A stretch of DNA of 64,000 bases, taken from positions 434,001 through 498,000 of the forward strand of contig MU053995.1 of assembly GCA_013239625.1 (NCBI GenBank), in the 5' to 3' direction. Positions 25,888-38,129 of the stretch are shown here, piece by piece; positions within the stretch are counted from its first letter, which is position 1; each line of letters begins with the position of its first letter. Below the pieces are notes generated by a model. That model was not told where the DNA came from. It did no database searches and saw only the letters and a program-made list of their open reading frames with translations. Made by a program: the position numbers and the translations under genes. The stretch is from Lama guanicoe. Taxonomy: Eukaryota.

Positions 25888-27737
25888 TGTAGCCTTATAA
25901 AATGAGTTTGGAAGTGTTCTCCTCTTATATTTTCAGAAGGGTTTGAGAATTATTTGGTATTGATTCTTTGACTGGTAACATTCATTAGTGAAATGATCTG
26001 GTCCTGGACTATTATTTGTTCAGGGGATAATGATTACAAATTCAATTTCCTTATTTGAAATTTATCTATAAATAATTTTATTTCTTCATAATCCAGTCTT
26101 GGTAAATTGTATATTTCCAAGAATTAAACCATTTCTTCTGGGTTTTCCATTTTGTTGGTATATAACAGTTCATGGTAGTGTATTATGTTTCTTTATATCT
26201 CTGTACTATCGGTTGTAACATCTCCTCTTTCGTTTCTGGGTATAAATATTGGAATCTTCAGTCCCCTTTTCTTAGTGAGTTGGGCTAAAAATTTGTTGAT
26301 TTTGTTTACCTTTTCAATAAATTAGTTCTTAATCTCACTAATCTTTTCTACTATTTTTAAAATCTCCATCACATTATTTATACTTTGACCTTTGTTATTA
26401 CTATCTTTGGTTCTGTAAAATGAGTTTCAATCCTGATGATTCTTTAGGATGTAAATTTAAGTCATTTGGTATTTCTCTTGGTTCATAATGTAGATATTTA
26501 GCACTATAAACTTCCTCATTAGAATTGCTTATACTGCATCCCACATGTTTCGGTGTATTGTGTTTACATTTTCATTTGTTTCAAGGTATTTCCTGGGTCA
26601 TTCTTGCCCTTACTTTCTGAGATTGTTGGCATTCTGTCTAAAGAGTTTCTTTCTACCTTTAGTTTAACCACTGCCCCACCATGTACATCTCTCTAAATAA
26701 ATTTACTTTTACTTTTTTTTTTAAGAAAAGGTATTTTTGGATTTCTCTTTTGATTCTTTGACTTATTGATTGTTCGATAGCATGTTGTTTAATCTCCATT
26801 TTTTAATGATTTCTAGTGTCATTCGATTGTGGTTGGAAAACATGTTTGGTATGATTTAAATCCTCAAGTTTATTAAGGTATAATTTTTTGACCTAACATA
26901 TGATCTATTATGGACATTGTTATATGGACATTCAAGAACAATATACATTCTGCTTTTATTTTGGATGAAATATTCTATAAATGTCTAAATTCATCAGGTC
27001 TAATGTACCACTTAAGTCCTGTGTTTTCTTATTAATTTTCTGTCTGGTTAATCTATCAATTGAAAGTGAAACCCCTTACTGTTACTGAATTGCTTTCTAT
27101 TTCCTCCATTAGGTCTCTTGATATTTGCTTTTATATTGGGTTCAGAAACATTTACAAATGTTATATTCTTTTGTTATATTGTCTTCATGACTTCATTACA
27201 TAATGACTTTGTCTCTTATTACAGTCTTTATCTTAAAGTTTTTTCTGTTTGACATAAGTATAGCTCCCACATTTCTTTTTGTTTCTATCTATGTAGAGTT
27301 TTTTTCTCTTCACTTTTAGTCTGTATTTGTCCTTAAAGCTGAAGTAAGACTCTTGTAGGCATCAAGTACTTCATTTTTTTTTAATATAGTCATTTTATGG
27401 CTTTCAGATGTTTTCCTATTGTTAATAATACACTTAATCTACAGCTTACTAATTCTCTTTAGCATTTTTTGAAAAGCTGATCTAGCGATGCTGAATTCTT
27501 TCCACTTTTGCTTTTCTGGAAAATTCTCTCTTTCAGTTTTGAAGCACAACTTTTCCAAGTAGAGTATTTTTAGTTGAAATTTTGTGTGTGTGTGGGCTTT
27601 GAATATTCTGTGCCACTCCCTTCTTGCCTGCAAAATTTTCACTAAAAAATCTGCTCATAGTCCTATGGGTTCCATTGTACCAACAATTTGTTTATTTCTA
27701 CCTGATTTTAAGAATACTTGCCTCCTTGCCTTTTACT

Positions 27738-27842
27738 TTTGACAAATTAATTCTAATATATTGACAAATTAATTCTAATATATTTTCATATAGGTCTCTT
27801 TGGCAAATTAATTCTAATATATTTTGGTGTAGGTCTCTTTGG
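27738..27842. repeat. Local tandem duplications of (T)TG(A/G)CAAATTAATTCTAATATA within an L1
   Basis: Three copies of CAAATTAATTCTAATATA and two of TAGGTCTCTTTGG are directly visible. Confidence 0.85.
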
Positions 27843-29959
27843 ATTCATTTTATTTGGAACTCTATGGGCTTTATAGATCTGAATGTCTTTTTCATTTCCC
27901 TGGTTGGGAAGATTTCAATGATTATTTCTTTAAAATTTTTTTCTGCTTCTTTTTCCCTCTTTTCCCTTTCCAGGAACCCTATAATGTGCAAATATTCTGT
28001 TTGATGTTCCACAAGTTGTTCCATAAGTACCTTAAGCTATCTTCATTTTTTTCCATTTTTTTCTTTATCATGTTTTTGAGTTCACAGACCTTTCTATGGC
28101 TTTATCCAGCTTTGTAAACTTTTCTATTTTATTTCTCAGTTTTGTTTTGTTTTTTTTCTTGAGGGTCTGTGGTTTCTGCCTGGTACTTTATAACTTTTCT
28201 GTCTCATAAGAATAATTCTCATTTTGTACATCCCATATTCTCTTGACCTTGGTGAACATGGTTATAATTACTATTTTAAACTCTTTTCAGTAGAGACAGA
28301 TATTTCCATTTCATTTCTATTTTTATTTAAGGTTTTTTTTTTATCATTTGGAACATATACCTCTGTTTCTTAGTTTTCCTTGTCTCTCTATTTTGGTTTT
28401 CATATGTTAAATAAAATAGCTATATTACTCAATCTTGAAGGAATGACCTCTTTTAGATATAACTTCTTGTTCAACTTTGCCCTAGGTCTTTATTTTGTCT
28501 CAAACCTTTGTGATTGCCCAAGCAGAATATTTTGTTCCTAGTAACTCCCTCAAGCTGAGAATGTGTCAAAACCTATCAGTGTCTCAGGGAGAATCTCTGA
28601 CAGAAACTAGATTTAGTTTGATTAGAAGCTGGACCCTCTCTGTCAGAAACTAGATTTAGTTTGATTGGTAGCAGCTTTCAAGGTACGCAAATATCCCTTT
28701 TTTTCAGGGTTGCTTTGGAAATAGGTATATCTGTCTACTTCTTCTGTGATAAGGAGAAGAATACTAAGACGTTTGCTACCATCCCATTGAAACTGTAGAC
28801 ACAAGCCACACTTACCACCAGAGCCAGGCTAACAAGGGATGTGTCCTCTGGTGGTAACCCCAAAGCCAGGGTGCCAGACATGTGCACAAGCTTCTTTCTT
28901 GAAGACACTAATAACTTGGGATTGGGGCAGAGGGAGAGTATGATGTGGTGCTTACCACTCTCATTAGTCTCTGGAGAGAAATGCAGTTATAACCTAGAAT
29001 TATAATTAAAACTTCCCCTGATAATCTCAGCTATAAAGATAAGCTAACAGGCAGTTTTTTCCCCATAGAAATACTGGGCAGTTTTTCTGCCTCTGCAGTG
29101 TGCCCTGGGATGAGGGGAGCTTATTAAGAACTCTTCATTTGTTCTGGTTTCATGGGACCTGTGAAGGTAAGCCCTACTGGCAACAAGAGTCATGCAATCA
29201 AGTGGTGCCTCTCTGAAGCAGAAACCACAAACCAGACCTCCTAACTTGTGCTCAAGCTCTTTCCCAGAAGTTATCAGAAAACTGGAATGAGGTAGAGGGA
29301 AATTGCTGCCATGGCACCTCTAGCCTCCATTGTCTCTGGAGATTTTTAAACCAATCTTTACATGTGTGTTAAATTAGATGCCTCCTTCTCAGGTTAAGGT
29401 AAGCAAAGAGAAGTCTCTCATGGAAATATTAAGCACATTTCAGTCTGCTGCTTCTGTGCTGTTTCCTAAGGTGTTAACTACAGTAAGTCCATGTAAGTTT
29501 TTAAAAATCTGTTAGTTTTCCATAGATTTCTGGGTCTTACAGACTTAAGCCTCATTGGATTTCAAAAATAGACATTTGGAAGCCTTAAAAGTTAGGATGC
29601 CAGATGTAGGATTGAAACCCTTCATCAGCAGGGAGGAGTAGCTGACCCTGTTGTGTGTCACCATCCAGGTGTGGGGTTTATGGTGAGATTGTTTCTCAGC
29701 AACTTCTATCCATTTTGATGTAGGTTTTTCTCCTTTGCCTAATATATAGGATTATGTAAGCTAGTTTCTCAATATCCTTCAGAGTGAATTGTTTCATACT
29801 CTGCTGTAGATTGTAGAATAAATGAATTTAGGAGCTTGCTACATCACCATCTTCAGCCTGTGTTTTTCCACTTTTATGTCAGGATTGAAAGTGGTTTTAC
29901 ACCACCATTACTGAATTACAGTATTTTGTCTGTTTATATAGTGGTCTTTTTTTTTGTTT

Positions 29960-30738
29960 ACAGGGAATATCCATGAAGCTCCTCAGTGGATGCCTATAAC
30001 TGTAGATATTACCAAACCACATTGTAAGATACCATCTTTTTTCTGTACATACACACCTATATAAAGTTTAATTTATAAATTAAACACAGTAGGACATTTA
30101 CAACAGCTAATACTAAAAGAGAATCATTACAGCAGTATGTTGGAGTAAAAATTATATGAATGTGGTCTCCCATAATATCTTACTATATGAATTTAGTCCC
30201 TTTTTCATCCTGACTGAGAATTTACCATGCACTGTGGCAATAACTTTTATGCTTTGAGATGCAACAGCAAAACTAGCATGAATTTCTTTCTCCTTGTTCT
30301 AAATTTCATGGAAAAAAAGACTCATTTTTACTATAGATCTTAGCAACCCAGAACACAACTTTCTTTTCCTTACTAAGTCAAGAAATTTTACCTATTTACT
30401 TACAGGAAGTACTTTACAACTTTTATTTGGCAGCTCTGAATTGCTAGCATTACTACTCTTGTGCTTCAAGGTCATAATGAAGTAAAATGAGGATTACTTG
30501 AACACACACATTACAATATGATAATAGTCAATCTGATAACTGAGATGGCTACTAAGTAACTAACAGGTGGAATAAACTGCACAAATGGATGATCCACATC
30601 TAAGACAGGATTAGCAGACTATTGTGAGATTTCATCACACTACTCAAAACAGCAAGCAATTTAAAACATAAATTGTTTATTTTTAGAATTTTTAACTTAA
30701 TATTTCTGGACCATGCTTGAACATGGCTATCTAAAACT
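29960..30738 (+). mobile_element. MER44C/D-like (Tigger7-derived) DNA transposon
   Basis: CAGTGGATGCCTATAAC, AAAGTTTAATTTATAAATTA, ACAGCAAAACTAGCATGAATTTCTT, TAGATCTTAGCAACC and GAGATTTCATCACACTACTCA follow the recalled MER44 consensus in order. Confidence 0.8.
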
Positions 30739-32049
30739 AAAATTTTCTTTTTGTTCAGGTATTATTTTCAAGACTTCATATGGTTGTTTGTGTTGCTTTG
30801 TAACCCACTGATATTTCTTAAAGTAATTACTTTGAATTGTTGCCAGGAAATTTATTTATTGCTCTCCATTTTTTTAGGGTTGGTTACTGGGAATTTACTT
30901 AGACTTTTGATGGTTTTTTTCCCCTCATTCTTCATGTTTCTTGTAGCTTTACTTCGGTGTGTGTGCACTTGAAAAACACTCATTACTTATAGTCTTTTAT
31001 AGTGGCTTTGACTGAAAAAGATCTTCACCAATAACTTTGGCTAGAGTTTCTAGACTTTTGTTTTTATTGCACCAGCTGTTCAGTCATTTTTCCATCCAGT
31101 ATGTGAGTATGTCATTTTCTCACAGCTTTCTGTGAGCCAGGGCAGGAATCAATTACTTAGGAAGCACACTGAAACCCTGGAAACTTTAGAACCATGCTCT
31201 GTTTCACCTTCCCTTCTAGATGACAGTTCTCATTCCTGCACATTCTGCAGCCTCACAGAGCCACGCCAGTTACAGAAATATCCTCTACACCTAATCTGCC
31301 CTTGCTTCTACTATAAAAGTTCTTTCAGCAGTCCTTTTGAGGTGAGACAGGAGCCAGCCCACTTAGAGCACATTAAAATTCAGGGATGTTTGTTCTAAGC
31401 TTTGTTTTGTTCTTGCTCCTGGAGAAAAGGCCACAGTTCTGTGCTCTTTGAAAAGTCCCAGAGACCCTGGCTGGCTATAGGAAGTTATCTCCTGCCCCAT
31501 CTACTAATGTAACAATTACTTTACCTTTTACTCACCCACACATTTTACATTTTTGATAACATTGTACATCTTTTTTATTTTATGATTCCTTTACTTATTT
31601 AGTTATTGTTACTGTTTTTAATTTATAACCTTCATGTTTGCTTTATAAGTGACTGATCCACTAGTTATTATATATTTATGTTTTCTTATGAGATGTTTAC
31701 TTTCAAATGTTTTCTTATTACTAATGAGAGCCATATAGCTCAACTATAAAAAAAATCCCTTTAGTTTTTTTTTTGTTTGTTTATTTGTTTGTTTTTGTAG
31801 AGCTAGTTTCATGTGATGAATGCCTTTCACTTTTGGTTACCCGGAAAAATCTTGATCTCTCCTTCAATTCTAAATAATATCTTGCCTGAGTAGAGAACTG
31901 TTTTTTTAAAAACAATTTCATTGTCGTACAATTTCTGTACAGTAAATTACACATAGTTCAGATGTACAGTTTGATGAATTTTGATACTTGTATATACCTA
32001 TGAAAACACCATCATGGTCAAGATAGCTAACATCTCCATCACTTTCTAA

Positions 32050-34965
32050 GAGGTGCAATTTTCAAACACCCAATTTATCCCTTTCCATGCACTTTACTGC
32101 TTGGTAACCATTAGTCTCTTCTGTATGTCTATGAGTCTGTTCTCTATGTCTATGAGTCTGTTTCTGTTTGATAAATAAGTTCATATCTGTCTTTTTTTAA
32201 GGTTCCATATATAAATGATATCATATGGTATTTTTCTTTCTCTTTTTGGCTTATTTCACTTAGAATAACAATATCCAGGTCCAACCATGTTGCCGCAAAT
32301 GGCATTGTTTTATTCTTTTTTATGGCTTAGTAGTATTCCATTGTATAAACATACCACTTCTTTATCCAGTCATCTGTTGCTGGACATTTAGATTGTTTCC
32401 ATAACTTTGCTACTGTAAGTATCGTTGCTGTGAACACTGGGGTACCTGTGTTTTTTTCAAATGATAGTTTTCTCCGGTTATCTGCCCAGGAGTGGGATTA
32501 CTGGGTCATATACTAAGTTTACTTTAAGTTTTTAAAGAAATCTTCATTCTGTCCTCCATAGTGGCTGCACCAACTTACATTTGCACCAACAGTGTAGGAG
32601 GGTTCCTTTTTCTCCACATCCTCTCCAACATTTATTGTTTGTGGACTTTTTTTTTCATGTTTATTAATTTTTTTATTGATTTGCAATCATTTTGCAATGT
32701 TGTGTCAAATTCCAGTGTAGAGCACAATTTTTTAGTTATACATGATCATACATTTATTCATTGAGATTTTTTCTCTGTGACTACCATAACATCTTGTATA
32801 TATTTTCCTGTGCTATGCAGTATAATCTTGTCTATCTATTCTACAGTTTTGAAATCCCATCTATCTCTTCCCACTCTCCACCCCTTTGGCAACCACAAGT
32901 TTGTGTTCTATGTCTATGAGTCCATTTCTGTTTTGTATTTATGTTTTGTTGTTGTTTTTTTGTTTTTTTTATATCTAATATCATTTATTTTTTATTTCAA
33001 TGGTGCTCTCTAATGCCAGGTTTGAAAATCGTGCATTATTCAAAGAAAAATCCACTTTGAGCAATTTCTTACAAATACACATGTTATATAGTTACCCTCA
33101 ACGTGACATTCTGTGTTCCGAACATGCTACATGCATGACGGATTTGAGAAACATTCATTACTGAGTTGTGTATATTTGGATTACCTCTCTTTCTTCCACC
33201 ATACAAGGCATATTAACACCTAGGAGCATTTATTCTGATTTTGCTGCTTTTCCCAAGGCCACATTTAAAAATCACCACTTTTCACAGAAAAATCCTCTTG
33301 GAACAACTTCTCACAAATAGACATGTAATTTACATTGTTTCCCTCACCGTGACATTCCGTGTTCCGAACAAACTGCCTGTATGACAGAATCTACAAACAT
33401 TCATTCCTGAGTTGTGAGCATGTGGATTAACGTACTTTCACCCACCATATATGAAATAATTGCACCTAGAAACATTTAGTCTGATTTCGCAGGATTTTCA
33501 AAAGACTAGTTTCCAGGCATTTTCACAGAAAAATACTTTTGGAGTGAGTTCTACACAATACACATGTAATTTACATAGTTTCCCTCACCGTGACACTCCG
33601 AGATCCGAACACGCTACATGCATCATGGAATCGACAAACATTTATTACTTAGTTGAGAGCATGTGGGTAACCGAACTTTCATCCTTAATACACGGGATAT
33701 TTACATCTAGAAAACTTTTCTCTTGTTTCTCAGGTTTTTCCCAACACCAGTTTCAAAAATCGGTCTTTTTTCACACAAAATTACTCTTGGAGCGAATTCT
33801 ACCCAATAGACATGTTATTTACATATTTCCATCACCATGACATTCTGTGTTCCAAACATGCTCCATTTATGATGGGTTTAGCAAGCGTTCATTTCTGAGT
33901 TGTGGGAATCTGGATTACCAAACTTTCACCCACCATATTAGGCATATTTTTTTTTATGGACATATACACACTCATTGTTACATTTTTTTCTCTGTGATTT
34001 ATCATAACATTTTGTGTATATTTCCCTGTGCTATACAGTGTAATCTTGTTTATCTATTTTACAATTTTGTAATTCCAGTCTATCCCTTCCATTTCCATGT
34101 TTTGGCTATTGTAAATAGTGCTGCTATGAACACTGGGGTGCAAGTGTCATCCTGAAGTAGGGTTCCTTCTGGATATATGCCCAGAAGTGGGATTCCTGGG
34201 TCATAAGGTAAGTCTATTCCTAGTCTTCTGAGGAATCTCCATACTGTTTTCCACAGTGGCTGCACCAAACTGCATTCCTACCAGCAGTGTAGGAGGGTTC
34301 CTCTTTCTCCACAGCCTCTCCAGCATTGTCATTTGTGGATTTTTGAATGATGGCCATTCTGACTGGTGTGAGATGATACCTTATTGTAGTTTTGATTTGC
34401 ATTTCTCTAACAATGAATGATGTTGAGAATCTTTGCATGTGCTTGTTGGCCATCTGCATGTCTTCTTTGGTGAGATGTCTATTTAGGTCTTCTACCCATT
34501 TTTTCATTGTGTTGCTTTTTTTTAAAAATATTAAGGTGTATGAGCTGTTTGTATATTTAGGAAATTAGTCCCTTATAAGTTGTATCATTTGAAAATATTT
34601 TCTCCCATTCTGTACATTGTCTTTTCATTTTGTGATAGTACCCTTAGCCGTGCAAAAGCTTTCAAGTTTAACTAGATCTCACTTGTTTATTTTTCCCTTT
34701 ATTTCCATTAATCTAGGAACTGATTTGAAAAGAAAAAAATTGCTGTGATTTATGTTAGAGTGTTCTGCCTATGTTTTCCTCCCAGAGGTTTATAGTGTTT
34801 GGTCTTTAATCCATTTTGAGTTAAATTTTGTATATGATGTTAGAGAATGTTCTGATTTTAGTCTTTTACAGGTAGCTGTCCTGTTTTCCCAGCACCGCTT
34901 ATTGGAGTGACTGTCTTCTCCATTGTATATTCTTGCCTCCTTTGTCATAGATTAATTGACCATAA
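32050..34965 (-). mobile_element. Nested antisense L1 3' regions enclosing a satellite-like insert
   Basis: Older L1 3' end at 32050-32650; younger camelid-type 3' UTRs at 32655-32960 and 33950-34090; ORF2 C-terminal fragments at 34080-34507. Confidence 0.85.
33005..33946. repeat. Diverged tandem repeat, ~245-bp monomer, ~3.8 copies (satellite-like)
   Basis: Landmark (G/A)TGACA(T/C)TC recurs at 33103, 33349, 33590 and 33837 (spacings 246, 241, 247). AATA(C/G)ACATGT, CC(G/A)AACA and (G/T)AGTTG blocks recur in register. Confidence 0.9.
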
Positions 34966-36450
34966 GTAACAATAAAAAGATCATGGTTTCTAGGGTTTGG
35001 GGAGAGGGATGGAGGGAAAGGTGAGGAGATGGAGCACAAGGGAATTTTAGGGCAATGAAATTATTCTGTATGGTACTATAGTGGTGGCTACATGTTATTA
35101 TGCATTTGTCAAAGCCCATAAAATGTACAAGAGTGAACCCTATTTTAACTATGGACTTTGGTTGATAATAATGTGCCCATGTTATTTGATCGATTGTACC
35201 AAATATGCCACACTGATGAGGGATTTTGAGGGTAGAGGAGTATATATGTGTGGTAGGGAGGGCTATGTGTGATCTCTCTGTATTTTCTGCTCAATTCTGC
35301 TGTAAACCTGAAACTGCTCTTAAAAAATAAAGTCTATTTAAAAATTTTTTAAAAAGAAAACAAACAGAACAATGACAGAGGTAACTTTATCCTTGTCAGT
35401 AATTATCTTACAAGTAAATGGATTTAATTCTCTAGTCAAAAGATAGAAATTCCCAGAACAGATTTTTTTTAAATACATGGTTTGGGGTTGTGATACAGCT
35501 CAGTGGTAGAGTGCCTGCTGAGCATGCATGAGGTCCTTGGTTCAATCCCCAGCACCTCCATTAAAAAAATAATAAATAAATAAGATATATGGTTCAAGTA
35601 TATACTAACTATACAAAACTCACTTTATATACAAAAATACATTTACAAAATAAAATAAAGCAAGGGAGGTTACAGTAATATCAGACAAAATAGATTGTAT
35701 CAAAAATGTCATGAGATAACATTGTATGTTAATAAAAACTTCAATATTGTAAGAAGATACAACAAACACATTTTCACACCTAATGTATTATGTAATTTGA
35801 TGATCATCAAAATGTATGAAGCAAGGTGACAAAGATGACAGAATATGTAGTGCTATTCATATAACTGGAGTCTTCAATAACCTATTTCAATAATTGAAAA
35901 ATTAGAATCAGACAGATGATAAGTAAGGAAAAAGAGAATTTAACCAACACAATAAACCATCTAGCCATAATAAGTCTATGTATTACACTACCTAACAACA
36001 GCATACACATTCTTCTGAAATATACATGGGACACTTTCCAGTATATATCATATATGAGGGCACAAAATTAATCTCAATAAATCTTAAGAGACAGATATGA
36101 CACAAAGTATTTTTGCCCATCACAACAAGATGAAGTTAAAACTCACTCACTTAAACCAGCTTTGTTGTTCTTTTTCATTGGCTCTGTTGGGTCCTTTGAG
36201 TGTCATATGAATTTTAAGTTATACAACCCTTAGATGTAAGTATAAGGCAAAAACTTCACTATGTTGGATTTGACAATATTTTCTTGGATAAGATTATGAA
36301 GGCACAGACAGATTGAATTTCATAAAAATGTAAAAATTGCATCAAGACAACATCAACAGAGTGAAACAGCAAATATCAGAATGAGAAATAATATTTGCAG
36401 ACTATGTAACTGATAAGGAGTTATCATCAAGGATACAGAGAATCCCCTGC
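34966..36450 (+). mobile_element. L1MC1-like 3' end (34966-35345) followed by old L1 endonuclease-region fragments
   Basis: Ends CTAAACCTGAAACTGCTCTTAAAAAATAAAGTCTATTTAAAA-like; then L1 ORF2 start-like GTAAATGGATTTAATTCTCTAGTCAAAAGA. Confidence 0.7.
35484..35583 (+). mobile_element. tRNA(Ala)-derived camelid SINE (Vic-1-like)
   Basis: GGGGTTGTGATACAGCTCAGTGGTAGAGTGCCTGCTGAGCATGCATGAGGTCCTTGGTTCAATCCCCAGCACCTCCATTAAAAAAATAATAAATAAA contains A and B boxes and an A-rich tail. Candidate TSD aaatacatggtt (35471-35482) / agatatatggtt (35583-35594). Confidence 0.85.
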
Positions 36451-37255
36451 GAAGTATAGTTGATTAACAATGTTTCAGGTGTACGGCAGTAACTCAGTTA
36501 TACACAGGTATATTCTATTGAAGATTTCTTTCACTACAGATTTCTGTAAGATAATGAATTTAGTTATCTGTGCTACATAGTATAAACTTGTTGCTTGTCT
36601 ATTTTATAAATATTAGTTAATGTCTGCAAATCTCCAACTCCAAATTTATCCCTCCCTACTCCCAAACCCCTAAAACCGTAGTTTGTTTTCCATGTCTGAG
36701 TGTATTTCTGTTTTGTAAACAAGTTTATTTGTGCCTTTTTTTTTAAAGATTCCATATATAAGTGATATCATATAGTATTTTTCTTTCTTTTTCTGGGTTA
36801 CTTCACTTAGAATGTCAATCTCCAGGTCTAATCATGTTGCTGCAAATGGCATTATTTTATTCTTTTTTATGGATGGGTAGTATTCCATTGTGTATGTACA
36901 CCACATCTTCTTATCCAGTCTGTCCATGGACATTTGGGTTGTTCCCATGTCTTGGCTATTGTAAGTAGTGCTGCTATGAACACTGGGGTGCAGGTGTCTT
37001 TTTGAATTAGAGTTTTCTCCAGATATACCCCCAGGAGTGGGATTACTGGATCATACAGTAAGTCTATTCCTAGTCTTTTGAGGAATGTCCATACTGTTTT
37101 CCATAATGCCTGCACCAACCTGCATTCCCACCAGCAGTAGAGGCTGATTCCATTTTCTCCACAGTCTCTCCAGCATTTGTCATTTGTGGACTGTCGAATG
37201 ATGGCCATTCTGACAGGTATCAGGTGATAGCTCGTTGTAGTTTTGATTTCTGTTT
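36450..37255 (-). mobile_element. 5'-truncated L1 3' end
   Basis: ORF 36867-37280 gives the L1 ORF2 C-terminus (YHLIPVRMAII...DKCWRDCGE...DTCTPVFIAALLTIAK), followed by a 3' UTR. Confidence 0.85.
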
Positions 37256-37279
37256 TCACCTGGGTAAGTTTTAAGTGCA

Positions 37280-37920
37280 CGTTTTTAATGGGGAAAACCA
37301 GGATGAAGTAGGAAACTGCATACTACAGGGTTTGCTAATCTGGGAAACTAGCTGTCTCAACCTCTACATCAGTCATCTCAAGGGAAGTATGTCAAAATTC
37401 ATAACTGTCAAGTACTAGCAATGATACCTCGTAAGTGAAACCAGGACACTTGTAGTTTCTCATAGTACTGCAAAGAACAAAGGAATTAGAAAAGAGAGTA
37501 TTACGAATTTTTAAACTTTAGGCGACTTCAATGTTGTTACCAGGTTTTACAATGTTCTTCCAGTTGTCAATCGGGCTCTTATGAACTGCAGGGGCTCATC
37601 CAAATCCTGTCTTAATTAGTTTAGAGAAACTTTTCACCAGATTGAGGATGAATTTCCTCTGGTCTTAACTGAAACTGGAGCAGCACTGTTGGTGCTCAAC
37701 CCCTCTACAACAAACAGCCGCTGCCTTTGAATACTAAAAGAGTTCAAGTAGGGGGATTGCTAATGAATGCCAAAGTTGTATCTATGAACCTATTCCCTTT
37801 GACGTTTGAGAGATAGCTATCATTTTCTCAGCAATTTCTCTGTACCTATCTGTCTATTACAGTGAGAGTTCTTACAGAAGCATTATGTTGCAATTCCTTC
37901 CAGAAAAGACTTGGAAGAGA
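37280..37920 (+). mobile_element. Degraded ERV1-class internal fragment (gag zinc knuckle and protease)
   Basis: YCKEQRN*KREY (~37467-37502) resembles a CCHC knuckle. VLTETGAALLVLNP (37662-37703) resembles the protease LIDTGA motif. PICLLQ*EFLQKHY (37845-37886) resembles LLGRDFL. The order matches gag-pro. Confidence 0.65.
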
Positions 37921-38129
37921 GAAAAATTAATGGGTCAAGAATTTGTGAGGAGAAATCACTTATTACCAAGTAGCGAGAGTGTATTCAGAAGTAAGAGTTA
38001 GGTCAAGAGTTATCTAACTAGGAGGCCAGGTCTCACGCATTGTACCCGAGTCCCCTCTTTTAAGGTAAACTCCTGTGCTCCAAAGATTTATCCTCAAGGA
38101 GTATTTTCTCAGGTATCGGTGAGTTGACT

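Larger units (their letters stand above)
10620..29900 (-). mobile_element. Nested cluster of mostly antisense LINE-1 elements of several ages
   Basis: Minus-strand ORF fragments of L1 ORF2 RT (18402-18656 [14 protein letters not shown]) and ORF1 (20831-21085, 27439-27642). Several L1 3' UTRs with T tails and L1 5' ends at ~17097, ~22634, ~24680 and ~29853. A short plus-strand piece lies at ~19490-20020. Confidence 0.9.

Noticed and set aside
33005..33946. CRISPR array or coding ORFs (33460-33840, 33847-34155)
   Set aside because: Mammalian context, long diverged tandem monomers with no repeat-spacer structure, and the ORFs have no recognisable homology.
18848..35345. Inverted similarity between 18848-19230 and 34966-35345 as a Y palindrome arm
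   Set aside because: These are two separate, visibly diverged copies of the same L1 3' end, and the similarity does not extend into the flanks.
35484..35560. tRNA-Ala gene
   Set aside because: Altered 5' stem, A-rich tail and a candidate TSD show it is a SINE.
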